A stretch of 51,111 nucleotides of DNA from an uncultured Hyphomicrobiales bacterium. GTDB lineage: Bacteria > Pseudomonadota > Alphaproteobacteria > Rhizobiales > JAJFHR01. Position 1 is the stretch's first letter; every line of letters starts with the position of its first letter. The DNA is taken from assembly GCA_964625235.1 (NCBI GenBank), contig CAZVAZ010000002.1, positions 7,378 through 58,488 on the forward strand. Reading direction: 5' to 3'. The notes under the pieces were generated by a model, which did no database searches, was not told the DNA's origin, and saw only the letters and a list, made by a program, of their open reading frames with translations. Of the stretch, positions 18,269 to 26,822 are shown one piece after another. The position numbers and the translations under genes are program-made.

Positions 18269-18423
18269 TTTTCTACTCTTGTTTCTTGTTGGTTGAAATT
18301 AGGGAAAATGCACGGTTATTGTATGCCGCTATCCATATTGATCTTATATCATCTGCCAATCTGCATAACACTCATTTTTCTTATTCATCGCCATCCAGTG
18401 GCGATTATCAAAGACCTTTGGTA

Positions 18424-19263
18424 TTACTTTTTAAGTCGACAATAAAGATCAAGCCCCAGCATTTTACCAAATCTTAAAGCCTGATGGCGCGGCAGAGGTC
18501 TAAACACACCATCTTCACCGATATTTTCCCTCACAATCGAGCAATCAGAGAAGTCGTCACACATCACAGCCAGTTCCTGTGAGGTAACGAATTCTGTTTG
18601 TGGTGCCGCCTCTCCCGTCGAGGTCGTGTCATAGGCAGCACGGGCTTTTTTATTGCCGGCTGTATTGCCAATTTTGTCTAGGCCGCCCGGTTTGGCGAGC
18701 AACCGCCGCAGTGTTCGGATCGGAGATGTCTGAAACTGACGATAGGAACAGGCGTTGTAAACCATGATCATCGCCTTTCCACCTGTTTTGAGCAACCGGT
18801 GGACTTCGTTTATCGCTGCTGCCAGATCTCCTGTATGATGCAGGCAGCCGATGGCCACGACCCAGTCAAAAAATTCATCCTCAAAAGGCGATTGCAAAAC
18901 ACTGCCCTGTACAGCTTCTCCATTTAAACGCCCTTGCTCAAGACGCAGATTTACCATATCAACGGGTCCAGCGGCAATATCAAGCCCCTTGTAATCGGCA
19001 CCGCTCTCCGCAATTTTCTGAGCGACAGTGCCGTACCCAAGACCAACTTCGAGAACCTTCTTTCCCTCCATTTGTGTAAATGGAATATGAGTGAAGAGGT
19101 ATGGATAGAAGTCGAAATACCAGTCATCGAACTTCAACAGGCTTTCCGGCGAATCGTCGATAATCCCCAATTGCTTTGCCAACTGGGAACCGCACAGGGT
19201 ATCCCAGAATTCGGCATTTTTGTTGTCTATGCTCTGTTGAGGCTGTTTGGTCTCTTCATTCAT
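18424..19263 (-). CDS. Class I SAM-dependent methyltransferase
   Basis: Motif I is VLEVGLGYGTVAQ, followed by WVVAIGCLHHTGD...LKTGGKAMIMVY. It is 279 aa. Confidence 0.85.
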   Translation of the reverse strand: MNEETKQPQQSIDNKNAEFWDTLCGSQLAKQLGIIDDSPESLLKFDDWYFDFYPYLFTHIPFTQMEGKKVLEVGLGYGTVAQKIAESGADYKGLDIAAGPVDMVNLRLEQGRLNGEAVQGSVLQSPFEDEFFDWVVAIGCLHHTGDLAAAINEVHRLLKTGGKAMIMVYNACSYRQFQTSPIRTLRRLLAKPGGLDKIGNTAGNKKARAAYDTTSTGEAAPQTEFVTSQELAVMCDDFSDCSIVRENIGEDGVFRPLPRHQALRFGKMLGLDLYCRLKK

Positions 19264-19460
19264 TGCGCTTTAGTCTTTCACACTTTCACTTGTTGTAATC
19301 CTCTGATGACGGATTTGGGGCTTGCAGGATATCGTCAGGCCGCAACGAATTTTTTGCGAATAAGAATTATGATTTGGATTTTCATCCATGAAAATCAAAT
19401 AATCTAACTTTATCGGGAAGCGGTCTATTATAATGAATTGACATAGCAAATCACAATAGC

Positions 19461-20846
19461 TCATGCCTTGAGCAGTAATTTCCTCAGTACAGGCTTGATA
19501 ATACTTGAAACCTTTCGTCCCAGAAATAACAGTGGGACAGAAACAAAATCAGGTAGTTTTTTATCCACAAACTCATAGCTGGCATATCGTATTTTTTGAA
19601 TAAACAGAACAATTTCCATCCGTCTTTGCGCTTTTTTTGTGGCCACAGCATTGGCCTCCTCCAGCCGCTGGAGTTCAGTATCTATCATAGCTTCCAAATT
19701 TTCAGTCCTGCTTGAATTGACTTCTTCAAAATTTTTGCTCGTTGCCCTGGCCGTTCCGGCATACTTTCGCAACTCTTCATTGATTGTTTTGTCAAACCGT
19801 TCAATAAAGGTTTTGTGTGTCCATGTTGGTGAGCAGGCTATTTCTTCATAAGCGTTTTTGATAATTTTTCCAGCCTTGTCGGGGTCGCGCAGAATAGTGA
19901 TAACTTCGTCAATGTTGGAATGGTCGGGCTTAAGTTCGACGTAATGACGTCCTGGCGTTATGACATCTGAATAAGTACCGGGATACAGGATCATCAGCAC
20001 ACGCAAGGCGGCGGCCTCAAAAACCCTTGGCGATATGACGTGGATAACCACGTCATTATCCCGCCCCTCAAGGAACTTATCCCTAATCTCTTCAAAGGAG
20101 GCTTTTGGGTTAGCCGTCTCATATTTATCGATTTCCTGATACACTAGGCCGCTATAATCGACAAAACTGGCCCCGCTTTCGGTTCCGAGCGTTGCCCGGC
20201 AGGAACCCATGAAATCAATCCAGTCTTCGCCGTAAATGCGGCTGGATTCGGACATGGATATATCGCTGCGCAAGTTGTATTTTTTATCTTCCTTGAGCAT
20301 TCTTTCGCCAATCTGCCACTTTTGCAACGCAAACGAGCCACACCAGCCAGGCAGTTTTCTGGCCCGGTAGCCGATGTCCAGCGGACGGTCCTCATAATCG
20401 AGCACCTGCCTCGCCAGCAGGTCTTCAGGAACATAACCTGTCAATGTTTGCTCAAAACGAACATTATCGAAGTAGTCATTGCGATATATCTTTCGGGTCA
20501 CATCCTCGTTTACTACGGTAAAAATGACAGAAACCCCGAGTTTCTCGGCAGCTTTTGAAGTGCGGTCGACCCAGCGGAACTCATCTTGGATAAACAATAC
20601 CTTGGGACCGTTAAAAGCTGCTATTCTTTGAGTCAACTCATCTGAAAGGAATTGAGGAAGGGAGATGATTATTGAATAATGAAAAACAATAGCGTCAAAC
20701 AATTCGACATCAACATCAATTTTACCGGCAGCACTGGAATCAAGCGTAACCACATTATGTCGGCTGTATTGCTTGAATGCCCTGATATGAACTTCCACAG
20801 TCCCTGTATGCCGCGCTGAATCCGAGCAGAGCAGCAAGATATTCAT
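19461..20846 (-). CDS. CgeB-like glycosyltransferase (DUF3880 / Glyco_trans_1_2-type C-terminus)
   Basis: The C-terminal ISPRVFEAAALRVLMILYPGTYSDVITPGRHYVELKPDHSNIDEVITILRD is the CgeB-family signature region. The ORF is open to 20993, but the ATG at 20846 (MNILLLCSD) follows a GGGGGAAAG ribosome-binding site. The gene is visibly AT-rich. Confidence 0.6.
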   Translation of the reverse strand: MNILLLCSDSARHTGTVEVHIRAFKQYSRHNVVTLDSSAAGKIDVDVELFDAIVFHYSIIISLPQFLSDELTQRIAAFNGPKVLFIQDEFRWVDRTSKAAEKLGVSVIFTVVNEDVTRKIYRNDYFDNVRFEQTLTGYVPEDLLARQVLDYEDRPLDIGYRARKLPGWCGSFALQKWQIGERMLKEDKKYNLRSDISMSESSRIYGEDWIDFMGSCRATLGTESGASFVDYSGLVYQEIDKYETANPKASFEEIRDKFLEGRDNDVVIHVISPRVFEAAALRVLMILYPGTYSDVITPGRHYVELKPDHSNIDEVITILRDPDKAGKIIKNAYEEIACSPTWTHKTFIERFDKTINEELRKYAGTARATSKNFEEVNSSRTENLEAMIDTELQRLEEANAVATKKAQRRMEIVLFIQKIRYASYEFVDKKLPDFVSVPLLFLGRKVSSIIKPVLRKLLLKA

Positions 20847-21021
20847 TTTCTTTCCCCCAGTATTTGGTAAAAAAACACGTTCGCTCGTTGCTTTGGTGCA
20901 TAGTTCTTTTACCTGATCGCTGACAACAGTGTTGCATGTTTGCTGCAAGTAATGCTGATTGATTGTGAATGGCTGTATTGACATCAAAAACATTTAATTT
21001 TCAAGAGTAAAATTTCCGTTT

Positions 21022-22434
21022 TCAATCCGTAATATTAATTCGCTTCCCCTGTGCAAGTTGGTCATCATAGTCGCGGCGCACTTTGCGGGCGCGGCCGAGG
21101 ATGGTGCGGTCTATGCGCTGTGACGGGGGCATCGGTTCGGGCGTCCACCAGGCCGGGTGGGTCAACAGATGCAGGCGCTGATGACCTTGTGCAATGACCT
21201 TGTCCATCGCCTCGAAACGCCAGTAACCATTTGAATCAGAGCAATAAACATAATCGCGCTGGAAATTTTCCCCATAGGCGTTGATCAGCCCGCAGATCTC
21301 GTCAGCTTTGAAGTCGAGCAGGTTGGAGCGATCCGGGTTATGCCAGCTTACCGCGCGGACAGGTTTTTGGAGAATAAGCTCGAGCAAGGATTTTTCGCGA
21401 GTGAGAGCTTGCTCCAGCCTTTCGCCGGTCCATTGTTTGACACCATAAGCATTGCCGTCAAAATGCAGACCGATCTCGTGGCCAAGATCGCGGATATGGT
21501 GCAACATCGTTTCTATTTCCGGCTCCAGAAGATTGTAGAAAGTGCAGCGCGGGTTGACAAAATAAGTAGCAACGGCACCTTCTTCAGCCTCAATCCTGGC
21601 TAACCGCGCCGCCCGGTGCATTGAAATATCAACATCATGGCGCCAGATCACATGTCGGTCTAAGCCACCATCGCCATAACGGGCAAAGCGGTAACCACCC
21701 GTCTTTAATTGACGTAAAATATCTCGGTATGCAGTTTCGGTGAAACCTTGAAAGGATGCACCGCCGCGGGTGATCAATGGTTTCTGTTGGTCAATTCTGA
21801 ACGTTTTTCCGTGAAGCTGCAAAGCGAGATTATTGTGGACACCGCCATCGAACGATTTGTATAGCCGCGCAAATTCAACATCATCAATCAAGGGTGTGAT
21901 CTCAGTGAAGTGCTTGAGATCGGCACGCGACGTTTTGATTTTACCCCAGCTAATACCATCGAGATCGACAAGCGGCTGGTTGTCCAGCAGGCGAGATCCA
22001 AGTCGCTCCAGCAAGATCATACCGGCTTCATTGGCACGGGTAAGTAAATCCGTTGGCAATTCATGGGGTCCAACCGCAAACACCTCAATGCCAACGATAG
22101 CACCGGCGTCAACCTCGGGTGTCATTAAATGAAGCGTTGCCCCATAGGTCTTCGCGCCACGATAGACGGCGTGATGATGAGGGTCGCGCCCGGGAAATTC
22201 CGGCGATGCCGCATGAAGGTTATAGGCAGGTTTGGTCAAACTGGCGAGAATTGATCGTGGAACGATAATGCCGCTGCCAAAACTCAACAACGTTGTCTGT
22301 GGACCAAGGCCGGAGGCTTCCAGGTCCGCTATGTCAGTTGCAACAACAACATTGGCATGATCCTCATAAATCGCCATAAGGCGCTCAAGCTGCTTGCCTT
22401 TCATGGGTGTTAAAACAATGATGGTTATGGTCAT
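21022..22434 (-). CDS. Fusion protein: N-terminal formyltransferase domain plus C-terminal polysaccharide-deacetylase-like (CE4) domain
   Basis: The N-terminal domain has the formyltransferase catalytic pattern NLHAASPEFPGRD...LMTPEVDAGAIVG (Asn-x-His...Asp). The C-terminal domain has RHDVDIS, HEIGLHFD and LLTHPAWW, as in divergent CE4/NodB-fold hydrolases. It is 470 aa. Confidence 0.7.
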   Translation of the reverse strand: MTITIIVLTPMKGKQLERLMAIYEDHANVVVATDIADLEASGLGPQTTLLSFGSGIIVPRSILASLTKPAYNLHAASPEFPGRDPHHHAVYRGAKTYGATLHLMTPEVDAGAIVGIEVFAVGPHELPTDLLTRANEAGMILLERLGSRLLDNQPLVDLDGISWGKIKTSRADLKHFTEITPLIDDVEFARLYKSFDGGVHNNLALQLHGKTFRIDQQKPLITRGGASFQGFTETAYRDILRQLKTGGYRFARYGDGGLDRHVIWRHDVDISMHRAARLARIEAEEGAVATYFVNPRCTFYNLLEPEIETMLHHIRDLGHEIGLHFDGNAYGVKQWTGERLEQALTREKSLLELILQKPVRAVSWHNPDRSNLLDFKADEICGLINAYGENFQRDYVYCSDSNGYWRFEAMDKVIAQGHQRLHLLTHPAWWTPEPMPPSQRIDRTILGRARKVRRDYDDQLAQGKRINITD

Positions 22435-23129
22435 ATTTTAGTGTTTTCAAAAACTTCATCAAGCGGGCGGCCATCGTACATCAGGTAATCAATGACGGAC
22501 AGACCGGAGATAAACCGCTCCGCTGGTCCGTAAACTTCGGGTTCAAACCCCTGATACTCAAGCCTGACACCATTAGCAGCAAACAACTCGTCCTGCTGAT
22601 ACCCACCAGCGCCACCACCTGCCAGGTAGGCATCGCCGCCTGCGGCCTTGACCAGCGAAATTAACAGCTCGGTCGCCTGGCCCTTGTGCGGTAACTCGGA
22701 TTGGCGAACCAGCGGGGTGGAAATTCCAAGCTTTGCAGCAATCACCTTAATAGCGGCAATATTGAAGCTGGCCAGATTGGTTTGCGGCGATTTGAACAGG
22801 GGTTCGAGTTTTTTCATCGTCTCATCGTAGCAGGGTGCTTTGCGATAATTGGCATCAAGCGTCTTCAATAGCTTGACCCGCCAAAATTGATCATCGTTGA
22901 TCTCAGCATCAAGAATTGGATTGCCACGCGCCTTGCTTTTTACATGACAAGTAGCCCAGCGCGCCTCGCCTTGAATTGCAATTTTTACCCGATTAACCCA
23001 GGTTCCAGAACCAGTGCGAGGATAATCGACCGCATCGAGAAACACGAATATATCAGCCCGCCTGATCTTGTCGAAATAGCCAAGCCAGGGGAAGAAGTTT
23101 GGCTGGTGGATTGCCACAAGTCCGCTCAT
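22431..23129 (-). CDS. WbqC-family protein (O-antigen-cluster-associated, function unknown)
   Basis: The N-terminus VAIHQPNFFPWLGYFDKIRRADIFVFLDAVDY is the hallmark of the WbqC-like family. It is 232 aa and overlaps both neighbours by 4 nt. Confidence 0.8.
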   Translation of the reverse strand: MSGLVAIHQPNFFPWLGYFDKIRRADIFVFLDAVDYPRTGSGTWVNRVKIAIQGEARWATCHVKSKARGNPILDAEINDDQFWRVKLLKTLDANYRKAPCYDETMKKLEPLFKSPQTNLASFNIAAIKVIAAKLGISTPLVRQSELPHKGQATELLISLVKAAGGDAYLAGGGAGGYQQDELFAANGVRLEYQGFEPEVYGPAERFISGLSVIDYLMYDGRPLDEVFENTKI

Positions 23130-24064
23130 TGCGTGTCCACCGATTTATCCATAAGGCGGAAACGGTTTGCGGTTGGCAAGACTGTGCCGTCAGCAAGTTC
23201 CGCCTCCTCAATCTCTATGACCCCGGAACCGCACGCGACCAATACTCCGCCGTTCGGGTCACGTCCGACAATCTGCCCCGGCACGGCTAAAATGTCATGA
23301 TCAAGGACAACTTCCCTGGCTCGCCACACGGTTAACTTCGTCCTCGCCTCCAAATACGAAAATGCCCCTGCCAGCGGTCGCGATGATGCGCGAACGAGCC
23401 GGGCGATATTTTCGGCCGAATGCGCCCAGTTGATAAGGCCGTCTTCCGGCCGCCGGGGGTGACAACGCAGAGGTAATACGCCAGAAGCATCCTGGCGTTC
23501 AGGAGCAAAAGAGGGATCTTCTACCCGCCCAAGCGCATCTGCAAACATCTCAGGCAGCACATTTTCCATCCAGTCATAGACATCCGAAATATAAATCATT
23601 TCATCGAGCAGTAATTTGCTGCGGACATAAATATCGCCAGCATCGACCATATCCGGGTCCATGGCGTGAACACACAAGCCCACATGATTTTCGCCGTTGA
23701 TTATCGCCCAGTTCGGGCAGGCATTGCCGCGATGGCGTGGAAGGTCGCCAGCGTGCCCGTTCAAGATGCCGTTTCTCAAAACATCACAGGTCTGGCGGCG
23801 GATCATCGTTGGCCAGTTGATAGAGATACCGATTTGTGCCCCGGATTGAACCAGTGCCTCACGGAAGTTGTCGTGGTTGACATCAGGGTCAAAGAGATAT
23901 GGAGCCTCAGTTTCTGCAGCAAGCTGGGCAAAGGCGTCTTGCCCGGCAGTGTATTCTGGAGGTGCCGGTGCCGTAGCCACAAGGGCCACCTCATGACCAT
24001 CGGCCAACAATTGCCGCACAACAGCAATCAGCCAGTGGGTGCGGCCAAGGACAGCTATTCGCAT
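23126..24064 (-). CDS. Sugar N-formyltransferase-like protein (Fmt/ArnA-N fold with a C-terminal domain)
   Basis: The catalytic pattern NGHAGDLPRHRG...MDPDMVDAGDIY is present. The likely start is MRIAVLG at 24064, 5 nt after the upstream stop. The ORF track extends to 24100. Confidence 0.8.
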   Translation of the reverse strand: MRIAVLGRTHWLIAVVRQLLADGHEVALVATAPAPPEYTAGQDAFAQLAAETEAPYLFDPDVNHDNFREALVQSGAQIGISINWPTMIRRQTCDVLRNGILNGHAGDLPRHRGNACPNWAIINGENHVGLCVHAMDPDMVDAGDIYVRSKLLLDEMIYISDVYDWMENVLPEMFADALGRVEDPSFAPERQDASGVLPLRCHPRRPEDGLINWAHSAENIARLVRASSRPLAGAFSYLEARTKLTVWRAREVVLDHDILAVPGQIVGRDPNGGVLVACGSGVIEIEEAELADGTVLPTANRFRLMDKSVDTQ

Positions 24065-24068
24065 GATC

Positions 24069-24779
24069 TCAACCTTCCCTTCCAACCTGCACGCCGCCAA
24101 GGCGGCAACTTTTTATGGTGCGGGATTTAACTTCGCTCAATAACGTCGACAATCGATCACGTGAGCCGCCGCAGCCTTGGGGTCGCCGCCGCTCCAGTAA
24201 CTTGACCGGATCATTCGTTTCGTTGCGGGCTGCTTCATAATCGGCAATTGTTTCCGTATTTAAAAAAGTGTGGATCGGGTGAATATCCACTACCAACAGG
24301 TCGATCACCTCAAGATGATCAACTGGTTCGCCTATTGAAGGGTCAAGCAGCCGCACGTCATCTTCCCAGCGAATTGGAACCTGAATGAGGCCACAAAAAT
24401 CACGCCAAGCGCCGATCTTTGAGCCTACGTGTGGCGGCAGCAGATAATTTGATTCATGCGTCATTCCAAACTTGCGAAACATGACACTTAACCGGCTCGA
24501 TCTCACCAATGAGTGGCTACGCACAGAGACTGCTTCGGGCACAATGTCCATCAACTTTTTAACTGTATCGCCTGCCTGCCCGGGCTTCCCATCCAGCAGC
24601 GGATTAAAATTTGGATGTATGCCCAGTTTATGCCCACCAGCGGCGCGTATTTCGGAAAGAACCGGCGTATCATGCGTAACAAACCATGTAGCCTTGGCAT
24701 CGTAGCGCTCAACCAGTTCAAGCGTATCCAAAATCACGGCGTCATGCGCCCAATCTATGTCAATTGTCAAACAAAGCAT
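24069..24779 (-). CDS. Polysaccharide-deacetylase-like hydrolase (divergent CE4, WbmS-like)
   Basis: LTIDIDWAHD ... ATWFVTHDTP ... HKLGIHPNF matches the pattern of small CE4-like proteins in O-antigen loci. It is 236 aa. Confidence 0.6.
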   Translation of the reverse strand: MLCLTIDIDWAHDAVILDTLELVERYDAKATWFVTHDTPVLSEIRAAGGHKLGIHPNFNPLLDGKPGQAGDTVKKLMDIVPEAVSVRSHSLVRSSRLSVMFRKFGMTHESNYLLPPHVGSKIGAWRDFCGLIQVPIRWEDDVRLLDPSIGEPVDHLEVIDLLVVDIHPIHTFLNTETIADYEAARNETNDPVKLLERRRPQGCGGSRDRLSTLLSEVKSRTIKSCRLGGVQVGREG

Positions 24780-24810
24780 GAAGTACCATGTGCTCCTTCA
24801 GCCGCCGATC

Positions 24811-25602
24811 TTACAGCCGAACATCGAAGAATGATTTCAGGCGGCGAAACCATCTTAGGCCGCCAATAAAAAACAGACCCGACAGGATCGTCATGTAAAC
24901 AAACATCCATAGTGGTGGCAATTGATTGTTTAGTATGGGCGCGCGGAAGAATTCGGCCAGGACGTAGAATGGATTGAATTGCAGGATTGGCTGGACCACC
25001 GTGGGATAAGCGGTCAGGGGATAGAAAATTGGTGACGTAAAGAGTATAGCCATCAATATATTGGGCAACGCCAGAGAAACATCACGCACGAAGACGTTTA
25101 GCGAGCTTAGAAAAAACCCGACACCTGAAACAAAGGTGAGCATCAGCATTACAGAAAACGGGAGTATTAAAACCGCCGCGCCTGGAATTTGACCATCTGC
25201 AAGCTTCAAAACAAGAAGAATTGCAAAAGATACAAATAGCGGAACAATCCCCAACATGGCTCCGACCATCGGTAAAAGCTCGGATTTGAAAGCTATATTC
25301 TTAACGATACCGGCGTTTGCGGCGACCGACCCGGTGGATGAGTTCAATCCTTCGCTCAGCGCCAGCCATGGCCCATATCCGCTAATCAGCCAGATCACGA
25401 ATGGCAGTGCTCCTTCCTGACCGGCCAGACGACCGGGAAACACGAAGGTGAACACAAAGACGAAAATACCCATCATCATGAGGGGGGAGAGTACCGCCCA
25501 CATCAGTCCCAGACCGGATCCAAGAAATCGATCCTTGAGAGTCATAACAAAAAGGTTTTTCAGCATGGCAAAATCACGCTGGTCGAAACCGGCAACAATC
25601 AT
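24811..25602 (-). CDS. wzm: ABC-2 type polysaccharide export permease
   Basis: A 263-aa protein with about 6 TM helices. The ABC-2 family look (LGLMWAVLSPLMMMGIFVFVF...) and a 4-nt overlap with the downstream-facing ATPase gene support the call. Confidence 0.85.
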   Translation of the reverse strand: MIVAGFDQRDFAMLKNLFVMTLKDRFLGSGLGLMWAVLSPLMMMGIFVFVFTFVFPGRLAGQEGALPFVIWLISGYGPWLALSEGLNSSTGSVAANAGIVKNIAFKSELLPMVGAMLGIVPLFVSFAILLVLKLADGQIPGAAVLILPFSVMLMLTFVSGVGFFLSSLNVFVRDVSLALPNILMAILFTSPIFYPLTAYPTVVQPILQFNPFYVLAEFFRAPILNNQLPPLWMFVYMTILSGLFFIGGLRWFRRLKSFFDVRL

Positions 25603-26822
25603 GAATTTGTCCCTTTAATCCGCCGGGTTTTGATTCTTGGTGGATGAAACAGAAGCGGCACACCGCCGCGCTGGCCTTCCTCATCAACGACCTCAAAAAC
25701 CCGCGCCGCTCCATAGCACACGCCCAGATGGTCAACAAGGTCTACATCCAGGCGATAAAGATCTGCGCCAAGTATGAAAGGATCAAGTGTTACCTGCACG
25801 TTGAAGGCTCCTCGATCAGGCAGGGTGTGGCCAGCCTGGTGCAGGCTGGTGTGCCAGATTTTCCGGCCATCAACGCGCATCATGGTGATCTGTATATCGC
25901 AATCGGGCGTTCCATCGAGCAGCGTTCCGGAGATTTCAAAGGTTACCGGCTTAAAAGCCGCCACCCCCGCCTGACGAATTTCACCCTCCTGGCGGATGAT
26001 AACGTCTTCTATAATGCCGATTTCGGACCGGTTTTCGATCGCGCGCCCGGCGCCAAACTTACGCTTCAGCACGGCCTCATCGGACTGCCTTACAGATGCT
26101 TCGTAGGCTGCTGTGACCTTTTGCGGATCGCCGTCCATGACCAGTCGGCCGTTGTCGATCCACAGACATCGCGTGCACATTTCAACGATTGCCTTGGTTG
26201 CATGTGTTACCAGAATGACGATGCGGCCTCGTTCCGCCACCGCTTTCATGCGACGGCTGGCCTTTTGTGCAAAAAACACGTCACCAACCGCCAGTGTCTC
26301 GTCCAGGATCAGAATGTCCGGCTCAATGAGGGTACCCATGGAAAACGCCAGTCGCGCCTTCATGCCGGAAGAATAGGTACGCACCGGCCGATCAATGTAG
26401 TCACCCAGTTCGGTGAACTCGATAATCTCTTCGGCGACGGCGTCAATCTGCTCTTTGGTGCGCCCGTGTATGGTGGCATCAAGATAAATGTTCTCGCGAC
26501 CTGTCATCTCATTTTTTAAAACAGCACCAATGGTGAGCATGGCATGAATGTCACCTTCAATCTCAATGGTGCCGGAGGTTGGTTCGGTTATGCCGGCCAG
26601 CAATGACAAAAGCGTTGTCTTGCCGGCACCGTTGGGGCCGATAATCCCCACGCGCTCGCCCTCGCTGATCGAAAAGCTGATGTCATCAAGAGCATGCACC
26701 TTGCGGATACTTTCCTGAGGCTGGCCAAGACGCAAAGCCTCTAAGAGTGAAACCGCCCTGCCACTGACATTTGCCAGGGAAAAGACCTTTGAAAGACCAT
26801 TTACTTTAATCGAGGCTTTCAT
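25599..26822 (-). CDS. wzt: Polysaccharide export ABC ATPase with a C-terminal glycan-binding-type extension
   Basis: Walker A GPNGAGKTT, signature YSSGMKARLAFS, Walker B ILILDETLAVGD and H-loop LVTHA are present. A beta-rich C-terminal domain of about 150 aa resembles those of Wzt proteins. Confidence 0.85.
   Translation of the reverse strand: MKASIKVNGLSKVFSLANVSGRAVSLLEALRLGQPQESIRKVHALDDISFSISEGERVGIIGPNGAGKTTLLSLLAGITEPTSGTIEIEGDIHAMLTIGAVLKNEMTGRENIYLDATIHGRTKEQIDAVAEEIIEFTELGDYIDRPVRTYSSGMKARLAFSMGTLIEPDILILDETLAVGDVFFAQKASRRMKAVAERGRIVILVTHATKAIVEMCTRCLWIDNGRLVMDGDPQKVTAAYEASVRQSDEAVLKRKFGAGRAIENRSEIGIIEDVIIRQEGEIRQAGVAAFKPVTFEISGTLLDGTPDCDIQITMMRVDGRKIWHTSLHQAGHTLPDRGAFNVQVTLDPFILGADLYRLDVDLVDHLGVCYGAARVFEVVDEEGQRGGVPLLFHPPRIKTRRIKGTNS

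Noticed and set aside
18209-18477. Small + strand ORFs (78 aa and 63 aa) in the 18.3-kb gap
   Set aside because: They lie in an AT-rich intergenic region between minus-strand genes. They have hydrophobic low-complexity translations and no ribosome-binding site.
25644-26519. A 291-aa + strand ORF
   Set aside because: It lies entirely antisense to the wzt gene, whose ABC motifs are unambiguous. Its Arg/Ala/Gly-rich composition is typical of shadow ORFs, and it has no recognisable motifs or ribosome-binding site.
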